Assembly (NCBI GenBank): GCA_050014075.1
Contig: JBEKEA010000001.1
Coordinates: 53,764-117,763, forward strand
Length of the DNA: 64,000 bases
Direction of reading: 5' to 3'
From: Sedimentisphaerales bacterium
Lineage (GTDB): Bacteria > Planctomycetota > Phycisphaerae > Sedimentisphaerales > UBA12454
The notes beneath the pieces are model-generated. The model was not told where the DNA came from and ran no database searches. It was given only the letters and a program-made list of their open reading frames with translations. This document shows positions 21,150-30,869 of this stretch, piece after piece. Every line of letters starts with the position of its first letter. Positions within the stretch are counted from its first letter, which is position 1. The position numbers were made by a program, and so were the translations under genes.

Positions 21150-22376
21150 TTATTTAATAACCTTTACTACAACGCCTGCGCCAACTGTTCTGCCGCCTTC
21201 ACGAATCGCGAAACGCAATCCATCTTCCATAGCAATAGGAGAAATAATCTCAACTTCCATCGCAATGTTATCGCCAGGCATACACATCTCAGCCGGTTTT
21301 CCTTCACGACTCTTTATGGCTTTTACCGAGCCGGTAACATCCGTGGTTCTAAAATAGAACTGAGGTTTATAGCCCGGGAAGAATGGTGAATGACGTCCGC
21401 CTTCATCTTTTGTCAAAACGTAAACTTCCGCCTCGAAATGAGTGTGAGGAGTAATAGAATTCGGAGCGGCAATAACCTGACCGCGCTCAAGCTCGTCCTT
21501 TTCAACGCCTCTCAAAAGGATACCGACATTATCGCCCGCCTGACCCTGGTCGAGAGTTTTGTTAAACATTTCAACGCCGGTTACAACCGATTTCCTTGTT
21601 TCCTTGTTCAAGCCGATGATAGCGATTTCATCGCCAACCTTCACAATGCCGCGCTCGATACGACCTGTACCGACCGTGCCGCGACCCTTAATGCTGAATA
21701 CGTCTTCAATCGGCATAAGGAAAGGTTTATCAATTTCTCTTACAGGAATTGGAATATATTCGTCCATAGCCTTGATCAGTTCAATTATCGGTGCACAGGC
21801 CGGGTCGTCAAGTTTGGTGGCCTTCATTGCTGTAATTGCTGTGCCGCGAATAATCGGCGTCTTGTCGCCGGGGAAGTCGTACTTGGTGAGCAGGTCGCGG
21901 ATTTCCATTTCCACAAGTTCTATAAGCTCAGGGTCGTCAACAAGGTCAACCTTATTAAGGAAGACCACGATTCTCGGCACATTTACCTGACGAGCGAGCA
22001 GGATGTGCTCTCTTGTCTGCGGCATCGGGCCGTCATAAGCACTGACGACGAGAATAGCGCCGTCCATCTGAGCGGCACCGGTAATCATATTCTTTACATA
22101 GTCGGCATGGCCTGGACAGTCAACGTGAGCATAATGACGAGTCTCGCTTTCGTACTCAACGTGAGCAGTCGAAATCGTAAGAATCTTCGTCGGGTCACGT
22201 CTGCCCTGCGACTCAGATGCCTTGGCAATGTCGTCATAGGATTTAAATTTGCTAAACCCCTTGAGTTCCATTACCTTTGTCATTGCTGCGGTAAGAGTGG
22301 TTTTGCCGTGGTCAACGTGTCCGATTGTGCCGACGTTAACGTGCGGTTTTTTCCTTTCAAATACTACCTTAGCCAT
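21150..22376 (-). CDS. tuf: Elongation factor Tu
   Basis: [39 protein letters not shown]. Confidence 0.99.
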   Translation of the reverse strand: MAKVVFERKKPHVNVGTIGHVDHGKTTLTAAMTKVMELKGFSKFKSYDDIAKASESQGRRDPTKILTISTAHVEYESETRHYAHVDCPGHADYVKNMITGAAQMDGAILVVSAYDGPMPQTREHILLARQVNVPRIVVFLNKVDLVDDPELIELVEMEIRDLLTKYDFPGDKTPIIRGTAITAMKATKLDDPACAPIIELIKAMDEYIPIPVREIDKPFLMPIEDVFSIKGRGTVGTGRIERGIVKVGDEIAIIGLNKETRKSVVTGVEMFNKTLDQGQAGDNVGILLRGVEKDELERGQVIAAPNSITPHTHFEAEVYVLTKDEGGRHSPFFPGYKPQFYFRTTDVTGSVKAIKSREGKPAEMCMPGDNIAMEVEIISPIAMEDGLRFAIREGGRTVGAGVVVKVIK

Positions 22377-22504
22377 TTTGTGTTAACCTCCAACTATGTT
22401 TTATGTTTTTATCTATTTGTCAAATACTTATATAGTTTATGTAAACAAACCGTTATCGGCTTTTAACCATTTTAAGCCTGCTACTTGCAAGCTATAGCAA
22501 ACTC

Positions 22505-22577
<73 letters not shown>

Positions 22578-22995
22578 AGACACGCGCTCAACACTGCCGA
22601 GGAAATAATTTTCTCTCTAATAATATTTAGAGAAAAATCATTTCGCCGTTTCATTCTAATGTATAACAACGCTCTTTTCAGTATTGAAACGCTCGAATTT
22701 AACGTCCCTTGATAAAAAATGCAAAGGGATTCCCTGCAATACTCTCGCCAAAAACGAATACGCAAGTATACGCATGCCCTTGGGAATTGCAATTAAGAAA
22801 CTAAGAAAAATATTTTTTTTAAAAATTTTTTATGGCTATTTTATCATATAATAAAGGTATGTTTTATATATTTACCTTTTTTGTCATATTAACAAAGGTT
22901 TTTTATACTATATATATGGTATGGCACTTCAATTTAAGGTTTAATATATCCATTATGGAAGATTTAAGATTTAAATAATTGTGAAAATTCCAGTA

Positions 22996-23445
22996 TTAAT
23001 TTATTCTACTTGCCATTTTCATAATTTCATCAATTTCACCATTTTTTAAATAAATCATCGCCTGAGAAATCAATTCCTTCTGTTTTAACTTTGAGACTTC
23101 TTTGGCTTTTAGCATTCTAACCAATCTTTCACATACTGTGGGTGAGCCCGTCCATTTAGTATAAATACATTTATGATATAATAATGTATTGCTTAATCCC
23201 TCCATTTTCCATTCTGGAACGGAGGCGCTTTGTATAACATTCAAATCTTTAGCCATTTCAGAAAAATTAGTTTTCTTTACGGTATCGGTCAGTTTAAAAA
23301 ACATTAAAAAATTTTGTTCTCTTATATCGCCACTATTTATATCTATATAAACTTTCGTACAGTAAACTTCATCAAAATTCAAATCCAATATAATCAGGGC
23401 AAGAACGACAATTAAAATTATGATTCCAATTAGATATTTTTTCAT
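22996..23445 (-). CDS. Hypothetical membrane-anchored protein, AT-rich
   Basis: N-terminal hydrophobic helix; 4-bp overlap with the upstream gene. Confidence 0.7.
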   Translation of the reverse strand: MKKYLIGIIILIVVLALIILDLNFDEVYCTKVYIDINSGDIREQNFLMFFKLTDTVKKTNFSEMAKDLNVIQSASVPEWKMEGLSNTLLYHKCIYTKWTGSPTVCERLVRMLKAKEVSKLKQKELISQAMIYLKNGEIDEIMKMASRIN

Positions 23446-24041
23446 TTGCTTTTCTCTACCTGCCTTTTCAAATTGTCATAGACAATATGATCTTTAAGAT
23501 CCAGATACATTAAGACTTGCAGCGTAGCAGCATTCATTAACTCACCTTTGGAATCATCATCTTCTGTTCCATAAAAGTGAGAAAGTTCATGAAAGTTCAG
23601 CACATCTAAATCTTCTTCGCGTAATTCATACCATTTTCGCCCCGAAGTGGTACTATTATACAGCAATTGAGGGGCGTATAAATACCATCTACCGGGTACC
23701 GCCTGGGCCAATGTATCCGGTTTTTTTAAAGCCACCTGGTATAATTCAAGGTTCTCGGCTGTAGAATTAATTCCCTGTTTAATTTTATTTAAAACGAACC
23801 TCAGGTTATTCAGTTCCCTGACCAGGGGTGCATATTTAGGGTGTTTTAACAAGTTTAATTCAACTGTAATCTGACCTAATAATTGATTAGTTCTTTTTCC
23901 AATTCTCTTAAAAGACCTCTCAATCTTTTGCTTTTGTGAATCAGTAAAATCTCCCTGCTTCCAAATCATTTCATACGCAGCCGAGCCGGAAGCTGCTATC
24001 GCCAATATAAAAATTATTGCTGTCAGCTTAACTGGTTTCAT
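23442..24041 (-). CDS. Secreted putative zinc metallopeptidase (M35/aspzincin-like)
   Basis: Signal peptide; HELSH followed by GTEDD. Confidence 0.65.
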   Translation of the reverse strand: MKPVKLTAIIFILAIAASGSAAYEMIWKQGDFTDSQKQKIERSFKRIGKRTNQLLGQITVELNLLKHPKYAPLVRELNNLRFVLNKIKQGINSTAENLELYQVALKKPDTLAQAVPGRWYLYAPQLLYNSTTSGRKWYELREEDLDVLNFHELSHFYGTEDDDSKGELMNAATLQVLMYLDLKDHIVYDNLKRQVEKSK

Positions 24042-24119
24042 TAGCGTTTCTCAAGATTTCATTCGTTTTTTCACGATTGATTTAACTATCATAACCGAAA
24101 GAAAACAAATGGACAATAG

Positions 24120-24600
24120 AAACGAATCCGCCGGGTAAACGGCAGGATTGCCACGGCCTGCAAAGCAGCCTCGCAATGACAACTAACCCTGCCATTGTGA
24201 TGGCAGGGCTAACCAGGAACCCCCCACCGAAACGGAGAACAGGTGAACAGTAGAGAGGGGAAAAACCATAATTTTTTACAAAAAGCGCATGGAAAAACTT
24301 GCGCGCTTGGAAAAAATAAAAAAATTTATATTCATATATAATAAGCACTTACGAATTGTGGACAAAATTTTATAGCTCAAATTTCGACAAAAACGCGCAA
24401 GTTCCGCCTAATGGTAGAGAGGCGTTATAGCCTAATAGCAGATAAGCGTTATAGCTACCAAGACACTAAGGCACAAAGACGTAAAGAGGTAAAGAGGTAA
24501 TGAAATAAAGAAGTAAGGATTAACGTCCAACATTGAACGTCGAACATCCAACTTCCAATGACGATTGGCTTTGGATGTAAATGGGTGGATGTGTGAATAA
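24120..24600. repeat. Composite of REP-like hairpins and 7-8-mer tandem repeats upstream of the HNH gene
   Basis: gattgccacg...cctcgcaatgac, ccctgccattgtgatggcaggg, then blocks of gcgttata, caagaca/aaggcac, taaagagg, aacgtcc/aacattg and ggatgt repeats. Confidence 0.65.
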
Positions 24601-24602
24601 GA

Positions 24603-25181
24603 ATGAATAAAAAACGACTTAATTATGTAATAAGGAAAGTTGGAGGGAGAGATGTTAAACTCGATGCGGATATTCTCTATAATCGGAAAATCATTAACTC
24701 AACGCTGATAGTCTCAAAAGACGGAGGAGTATTTGCGCGAAATCGAAAGACAAGAAAAACGGCCGCGCTGGCGAGAATAATCCTGAAAGCTAAAAAAGGA
24801 CAGATAGTAGACCATATAAACAGAAACCCGCTGGATAACCGCAGAAGCAATCTGCGAATCGTAACGCACCGGCAAAATATGCTTAACCGAATCCTGAAAA
24901 ATTCGACGGGATTTATCGGAGTGCACAAAATATCGCATAGAAAAAAACATAAGAAAAATAAAACGGTTTACTGTGCAGTATATATATCTGAAACAGGGCG
25001 GCATTACTTCAACAGCAGCTTTACGCGTAACGGGCTGATACTGGCGGCAATGGCGAGAGATAAATTCATTATAGAAAACGGAGATGAAGAATACGCACCG
25101 CTGAATTTTCCAATATTCAGGAAAGAGCCGTTCAAAACCTTTCTGCTGAAGAGCGATTTAAGAGCGATGAGAAAGAATTAG
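24603..25181 (+). CDS. HNH endonuclease with C-terminal AP2-like domain
   Basis: VDHINRNPLDNRRSNLR...QNMLN (HNH); STGFIGV...AAMARD...LNFP (AP2-like). Confidence 0.85.
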   Translation: MNKKRLNYVIRKVGGRDVKLDADILYNRKIINSTLIVSKDGGVFARNRKTRKTAALARIILKAKKGQIVDHINRNPLDNRRSNLRIVTHRQNMLNRILKNSTGFIGVHKISHRKKHKKNKTVYCAVYISETGRHYFNSSFTRNGLILAAMARDKFIIENGDEEYAPLNFPIFRKEPFKTFLLKSDLRAMRKN

Positions 25182-25186
25182 AAATG

Positions 25187-25211
25187 CAGTTATCGGTTAT
25201 CAGTTATCAGT
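25187..25211. repeat. Heptamer CAGTTAT tandem repeat
   Basis: cagttatcggttatcagttatcagt; same unit as 17149-17222. Confidence 0.7.
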
Positions 25212-25346
25212 ACGAACGACGACGCGGCAGGCAGGGCTTGATAATCTTCCTATTTTACCATATAATATGAAGTTTTATGTAACCCTGAACCCCCGGTAAA
25301 ACCGGGGGCTAAATAATATTTTATTTTTGGGAATTGAAAAAAATAT

Positions 25347-26249
25347 ATGTGGCTTTATCTTGGAGTTTTCTCGGCCCTGTTTTTGGGGCTTTACGATATC
25401 AGTAAAAAACATTCACTGCAAAAGAACGCGGTTTTGCCGGTGCTGTTTTTCTCTACCGTTTTCGCGGCGGCGATGGTGGTACCGGCGATAATCCTTTCCG
25501 GTTTTTATCCTGAATATATGGCAAAGGCAGGGATATATGTTCCAGCTATTTCATTAACGGGACATCTGCATATTTTCGCCAAGTCGGCGATTGTCTCGGC
25601 GTCGTGGGTGCTGAGCTACCTGGCACTAAAAAATCTTCCAATCTCGATTGCCACGCCGATATGGGCATCGGGGCCGCTATGGGTCCTGCTGGGAGCAATA
25701 GCATTTTTTCATGAGCAGCCTACGACGCTGCAATACCTGGGGCTGGGGACGATGATTGTATCGTATTACGCGTTTTCCGTGATAGGCAGTAAAGAAGGCA
25801 TAAGGTTTCATGCCGATAAATGGGTTATGTTTATGCTGCTGGGGACACTAATCGGCACATGCAGCGCACTTTATGATAAATACCTGATTCAAAAGCTCGG
25901 ATATTCGCCGCTGGCAGTGCAGGCGTGGTTTTCGATTTATCTTGTGGTGATACTCGGCGCGGTGCTCTCGGCGTTCTGGATTCCACAGCGAAAAAACCAT
26001 ACGCCTTTCGAGTGGCGATGGAGCATTCCTCTTATCGGCGTCTTTTTGATTATCGCGGATTTCGCTTATTTCAGGGCATTGACCTATCAAGGCTCACTTA
26101 TCGCGATACTCTCTACGCTTCGATGCAGCTGTATAGTAGTATCTTTTATGGGCGGAGTGATACTGTTTAAAGAGATGAGGATGATGCATAAGGCCTTTGC
26201 GCTGTGCGGAATATTGGCCGGGGTGGTTTTGATTTTAAGCTCAAAATAG
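25347..26249 (+). CDS. EamA/DMT family transporter
   Basis: About 10 TM segments in two repeats; ALKNLPISIATPI, FFHE and LFKE motifs. Confidence 0.88.
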   Translation: MWLYLGVFSALFLGLYDISKKHSLQKNAVLPVLFFSTVFAAAMVVPAIILSGFYPEYMAKAGIYVPAISLTGHLHIFAKSAIVSASWVLSYLALKNLPISIATPIWASGPLWVLLGAIAFFHEQPTTLQYLGLGTMIVSYYAFSVIGSKEGIRFHADKWVMFMLLGTLIGTCSALYDKYLIQKLGYSPLAVQAWFSIYLVVILGAVLSAFWIPQRKNHTPFEWRWSIPLIGVFLIIADFAYFRALTYQGSLIAILSTLRCSCIVVSFMGGVILFKEMRMMHKAFALCGILAGVVLILSSK

Positions 26250-26252
26250 AGA

Positions 26253-26283
26253 AGATTACAGATCATAGATTGCAGATTACAGA
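26253..26283. repeat. Heptamer tandem repeat (AGATTAC-like)
   Basis: agattacagatcatagattgcagattacaga. Confidence 0.6.
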
Positions 26284-26406
26284 ATGAGGAATTCACCTAA
26301 CAAGGCAGAAACCCTCTTATTATTAAAATGTACTTTTCAGCGGGTTTTGGTGGTATAATGCCCCGCTGTGTAATTTTTTTATTGTTTTGATTTTAAGGTT
26401 TCTAAT

Positions 26407-27651
26407 ATGCCATTTAAAACACTTGGTCTTTCAGACCCATTAGTGCGGGGTATTCTTGCCACCGGCTATACTGCTCCTACCGAAATTCAGTCTCAGGTAA
26501 TTCCGGCCGCCATTGAAGGCAAAGATATCATCGGATGCGCACAGACGGGCACAGGCAAAACAGCGGCTTTTGTGCTGCCGATATTAAACCGGCTCAGCCA
26601 TGAACACGCAGCCAAGAACAAACATATAAAAGCGCTGATTCTCACGCCGACCCGCGAACTGGCGGTTCAAATCGAACAGTGTGTCATCGGTTACGGACGA
26701 TTTTTGAATATGCGAACTCTTGCTGTTTATGGAGGCGTAAGTATAGGAGCGCAGTTTTCGGCGCTTCGGCGCGGCGTCGATATTATTGTCGCTACACCCG
26801 GAAGACTTTTGGACCATATGTATCGGAGAAGTATCGACCTGAGGCATGTTGAAGTGCTGGTTCTGGATGAGGCAGACCGGATGTTCGATATGGGCTTCAT
26901 TAACGATGTTCGCAAAATCATCGCCGCTGTGCCGGAGAACCGTCAAACGCTTCTTTTTTCAGCTACCATACCGCAGGAAGTAAAAAACCTCGCCGCGGGA
27001 ATACAGAAACATCCGAAAATAATTCAGATTGGTCAGCAGCATAATCCAATCGATACCATTACGCAGCACATCTACCCTGTAAGCAAAGAGCAGAAACTGG
27101 ATCTCCTGATGTATATGCTGCAGAAGGGCGGAATGTATAGCGTTCTTGTTTTTTCGCGCACAAAACACGGCGCGGATAAAATCAGTCATCGGCTTGACCG
27201 GGCAGGGATTAAATCCATCGCGATACACTCCGGCCGAACGCAGGGCCAGCGCAGCCGAGCGATGGAAGGTTTTAAAGCTAATAAATTTCAGGTTATGGTT
27301 GCGACAGATATCGCAGCACGAGGAATAGATGTTGAGGGAATTTCACACGTCGTAAACTTCGATGTGCCGGCATTCGCGGAGGACTATATCCATCGCATCG
27401 GCAGAACAGGCAGAGCCGAGGCCAAGGGCGACGCGATTACTTTAGTTTCGCGAGATGAAGACAAATATCTGCGCCAGATTGAAAGGTTCATCGGCTGCAA
27501 ATTTAAAATGGAAAGATGTCCCGGCTTTGGTTACACATCGCCGCCTATGCCGACTAGACAATCTGAAGAAAGACCTCATACGGCAGCGCACGGGCATAAA
27601 TTTACTACTCCGGGTAAAAAACGATTTCGCTCCAGCTGGCGGCGAAGATAA
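26407..27651 (+). CDS. DEAD-box RNA helicase (RhlE-like)
   Basis: AQTGTGKT, PTRELA, DEAD, SAT, HRIGRTGRA. Confidence 0.95.
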   Translation: MPFKTLGLSDPLVRGILATGYTAPTEIQSQVIPAAIEGKDIIGCAQTGTGKTAAFVLPILNRLSHEHAAKNKHIKALILTPTRELAVQIEQCVIGYGRFLNMRTLAVYGGVSIGAQFSALRRGVDIIVATPGRLLDHMYRRSIDLRHVEVLVLDEADRMFDMGFINDVRKIIAAVPENRQTLLFSATIPQEVKNLAAGIQKHPKIIQIGQQHNPIDTITQHIYPVSKEQKLDLLMYMLQKGGMYSVLVFSRTKHGADKISHRLDRAGIKSIAIHSGRTQGQRSRAMEGFKANKFQVMVATDIAARGIDVEGISHVVNFDVPAFAEDYIHRIGRTGRAEAKGDAITLVSRDEDKYLRQIERFIGCKFKMERCPGFGYTSPPMPTRQSEERPHTAAHGHKFTTPGKKRFRSSWRRR

Positions 27652-27660
27652 TCAATTTTT

Positions 27661-28446
27661 TTATTCTTCGTAGCCGCTAAAGGGAACCCACATACTTTTC
27701 TCAGTTCCAATTACGGTGCTGTAAGTATGGAGCATTCCAAAATTGGAGCAGCGAATCGAATACCAGTTTATATCCTTATTATGCGCCAGTTCCTCTTTGA
27801 TTTCATCTTCCACAACAACGCTGGACTTTTCCTGGGTATGCATCTTCTCGATAATATAGTCCTGGTCTGCGTCGGTCAGGAAAGAATACACGGGGCTTAT
27901 CGAGTGCCTGTCAACGAGGTCAACGATATCTTCCGGGAATATTTCCGCTTTGGGGTCAATTTCAATGTCCATTATGCTCAATTGGCCGAATAATCCTTTT
28001 TGCTGCTTACCCTTTGAAGAAGGATATGTAGTCAGGCAAGGCACTTCTATTTTAAAGATAACATCGGTCTGGGCCCTGACGGAAGGAGTTCGGACTGAAT
28101 ATCTGCACAGGTATCGGACGAGACATTTTTCATGAGATTTGGGCGTAATTTTTTCTATGAAGAAAGGATAATCGAAATCGATATTGACGCGCGAGGCCGA
28201 AAGCTTCGTCACATAGTCGGCGATATTGCTTCTGAGCGTTTTTGTTCCGATTCTTTCGCGGTGCTGATGCAAAACGCCGATGAATGTATCAATCCATCTG
28301 GCTTCGAATTCGTGCATAATCCTTGCGCTAATGGAAATATTGGCGATGGTCTGCTGGCCGTCAGGATTTGCTTTGGAAAGCACCTTCATCGGGAATGGAA
28401 GGTTTTTCATGCCGACATCGACGAGAAATCTTTTTTCTTCAGTCAT
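27661..28446 (-). CDS. GTP cyclohydrolase IB (FolE2)-fold protein with degenerate active site
   Basis: Family-like scaffold (DVGMKNL.FP, FDYPFFIEKITPKS, SPVYSFL). Canonical CPCS, AHNQ and ESIH appear as YPSS, LFGQ and GMLH. Confidence 0.75.
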   Translation of the reverse strand: MTEEKRFLVDVGMKNLPFPMKVLSKANPDGQQTIANISISARIMHEFEARWIDTFIGVLHQHRERIGTKTLRSNIADYVTKLSASRVNIDFDYPFFIEKITPKSHEKCLVRYLCRYSVRTPSVRAQTDVIFKIEVPCLTTYPSSKGKQQKGLFGQLSIMDIEIDPKAEIFPEDIVDLVDRHSISPVYSFLTDADQDYIIEKMHTQEKSSVVVEDEIKEELAHNKDINWYSIRCSNFGMLHTYSTVIGTEKSMWVPFSGYEE

Positions 28447-29518
28447 TTTTTACTCCTTTATTTTTCAGGGCTTCAATCTGTGAAGCCAAAATCCGCCATT
28501 TATTAATTTTCAAACCAAACACTTCTATATCGCTTGTTTTATCAGCAAAATTCCAAATCTGCTGTTTTTTATCTATTTCATTACCGAGTTTCAATCCGAG
28601 AAATTCAAACTTTTTACATACATCGCCGATAATCGGCTGGAACTGTTCCAGATTTTCGCTGAAAAACACAATCGCGTCAAGCCCGCCGAGCATTGAAATA
28701 AAGCTGCCGATGTATTTAACAACATTATACAGATAAATTTCCCGCGCGAAATCTTTTTTCACATTTCTTTTGCCGCTGATAACGTCAAATAAATCGGTTT
28801 TTTCGCCTGTCAGTGCCATAAAGCCGCTTTGGCTCGAAAGAAGCTGATTAATCTGCTCAAACCGCATTCCCATCGAATGCAGATAAAATATAATTGTCGG
28901 GTCAATATCGCCGCAGCTTGTGCCGGACAGTATTCCCTCTGTCGGAGTAAAGCCCATACTCGAATCAACGGGCAGGCCGTCTTTTACGGCTGTGATGTTC
29001 GTATGCTCATCCAGATGGACGCAAATAATCCTTTGCGAGCTGTTTTTAATCAGCGGCTTTATATGTTTTGATGCCCAGGAGTGAAAAAGACCGAATCTTC
29101 CGGTACGCCTTATGCCTTTGTCACTAAGCTGATACGGCACAGCGTAGCTGCTGACTTCGGCGGGCAAATCGAGGAAAAAGGCGGTATCGCAAAGAAGGAT
29201 ATGCGACAGGTTCGGCAGTATATCAATATAATAGCCGGCTGTTTTGGCGGTTACATCGTTGAATTCGGGCAGGAATCCAACGCATTTTTCCAGCTCTTTT
29301 ATGTTCTGTGCAGACAAAAAAGACGCGGGCTTTTTAATAATTTCGCCGCCATGATGTAAAAAATACCCGATTGATTCAATCTTTTCAAAGTTGTTTGTGC
29401 TTTTCTCAACGGCTTTTTGCCAATCCGACCGTAACGAGCATTTTCCCTCAGTGAGAATTTCTCCCTGGACCTTGCACCAATGTAAATTAACGGTATCGGA
29501 ATCAAAAAGCAGTATCAT
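28439..29518 (-). CDS. Degenerate acetate kinase-fold protein
   Basis: Retains HGG, DTAF and SMGFTPTEG...GDIDP; lacks GHR, YGFHG, HLGNG, GTR, GIGEN and the terminal EE. Confidence 0.75.
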   Translation of the reverse strand: MILLFDSDTVNLHWCKVQGEILTEGKCSLRSDWQKAVEKSTNNFEKIESIGYFLHHGGEIIKKPASFLSAQNIKELEKCVGFLPEFNDVTAKTAGYYIDILPNLSHILLCDTAFFLDLPAEVSSYAVPYQLSDKGIRRTGRFGLFHSWASKHIKPLIKNSSQRIICVHLDEHTNITAVKDGLPVDSSMGFTPTEGILSGTSCGDIDPTIIFYLHSMGMRFEQINQLLSSQSGFMALTGEKTDLFDVISGKRNVKKDFAREIYLYNVVKYIGSFISMLGGLDAIVFFSENLEQFQPIIGDVCKKFEFLGLKLGNEIDKKQQIWNFADKTSDIEVFGLKINKWRILASQIEALKNKGVKND

Positions 29519-30732
29519 CGGGTTTTATCTCCTGCTTTGTTGGACAAATTTAATCCCTCTAAACAAATAACCCTCTCCTCATCGGCGGGAATACAAAGAA
29601 CAGCCGCTGGAGAGTTTTCTTCACTAAGTCTGGCTATCTGCTTACCGTTATAATCGCGGTTTGCGGCGCTGTTCAATGCAATGCCGCACCAATCCATATT
29701 CTCACAAACCTTTTCTCTGACCTGCCAGTTATATACGCCAATATCATCTGTAAAAACAAGAACATCTGCCCCGCCGAGAATCGCGGCGTAACCGCCGATG
29801 TATTTTCTTATTCGATAAATATACATATTAAAGGCGAGGTCGGCCTGGTCTTTGTCCTCGGGCGAAGTGTTTTTCATAATGTCCCTGATATCGCTTGAAA
29901 AACCTGAAATTCCCAGTAGGCCGCTTTTTTTTGTCAAAAGGTCGAGTAAGTCATCCGGTCGATATCCATATACACTCATCAGATATACCGTAAGCATAGG
30001 GTCAATATCTCCGCAACGAGTGCTCATAACAAGACCTGTAAGAGGAGAATAACCCATTGAAGTATCAACCGAATGGCCGTCTTTGATGGCCGCAATGCTC
30101 GAGCCGCCAGTGCCGAGATGACAAGCGATGATTTTTAGTTTTTCCGGAGAGGTTTTAAAAAAGCGTCCCGTTTCGAGAAGAACATTCAAATAAGACAAGC
30201 CGTGAAAGCCGTATTTACGATAATTGAGTTTTTCCGTTACGACGGGGGGCAATGCATAAGTGTAAGCGACGGCAGGCAGAGAGGAATGAAAGGCCGAATC
30301 AAAAGTTACATATTGTTTTACATCCGGCAGCGTTCGCTGGCATTCATGAATAACACTAAGCGAAACGGGATTATGAATAGGCGCAAGCGGCAGGCACAAT
30401 TGCAGTTTTCTTAAAGTTTCATCATTAATAAAATCTGAATTTACGAAATAGTTCCCGCCGTGCACAAACCGATGACCAATAAGATCGATACCGATTTTGT
30501 CTTTTAAACTTTTTAATATAAAAGCAGCGGCGTCTTTATGAGTTTTAAGGGGAATAATATCCTTCACGGAGTTTGAGCCGATTTTGTGCTCGATAAAAGA
30601 AGGTTCTGTGCCGGTTACTCCTACGCGATGGGCTTTTCCTGATGCAATCGCTTCGATAGCCCCGGAAACAGATGCCTTATAAACTTTATAAGTGAGCGAC
30701 GAACTGCCGCAGTTAAAAACTAAAATGTTCAA
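29515..30732 (-). CDS. Acetate/propionate kinase family protein, atypical nucleotide-site motifs
   Basis: NCGSSS, GHRFVHGG, FDSAFH, YGFHG, HLGTGGSS, TRCGDIDP, FTDDIG, DEE; TTG start. Confidence 0.9.
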   Translation of the reverse strand: MNILVFNCGSSSLTYKVYKASVSGAIEAIASGKAHRVGVTGTEPSFIEHKIGSNSVKDIIPLKTHKDAAAFILKSLKDKIGIDLIGHRFVHGGNYFVNSDFINDETLRKLQLCLPLAPIHNPVSLSVIHECQRTLPDVKQYVTFDSAFHSSLPAVAYTYALPPVVTEKLNYRKYGFHGLSYLNVLLETGRFFKTSPEKLKIIACHLGTGGSSIAAIKDGHSVDTSMGYSPLTGLVMSTRCGDIDPMLTVYLMSVYGYRPDDLLDLLTKKSGLLGISGFSSDIRDIMKNTSPEDKDQADLAFNMYIYRIRKYIGGYAAILGGADVLVFTDDIGVYNWQVREKVCENMDWCGIALNSAANRDYNGKQIARLSEENSPAAVLCIPADEERVICLEGLNLSNKAGDKTR

Positions 30733-30869
30733 GTTTAAATCCCTATGAAAAATCCCGCTATCAGCCTTATAGAATAAGTGAATTTCCCGCTGACAGCAAA
30801 GAAAAAAAGGAAATCAGAAATGGTCCTGGTTTCATAAGGAAATAAAAAGGTTTTTCCCTGTTTGAATCT

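Noticed and set aside
24400-24600. CRISPR-like array before the HNH gene
   Set aside because: No constant 23-47-nt repeat with spacers, only degenerate 7-8-mers; no cas genes.
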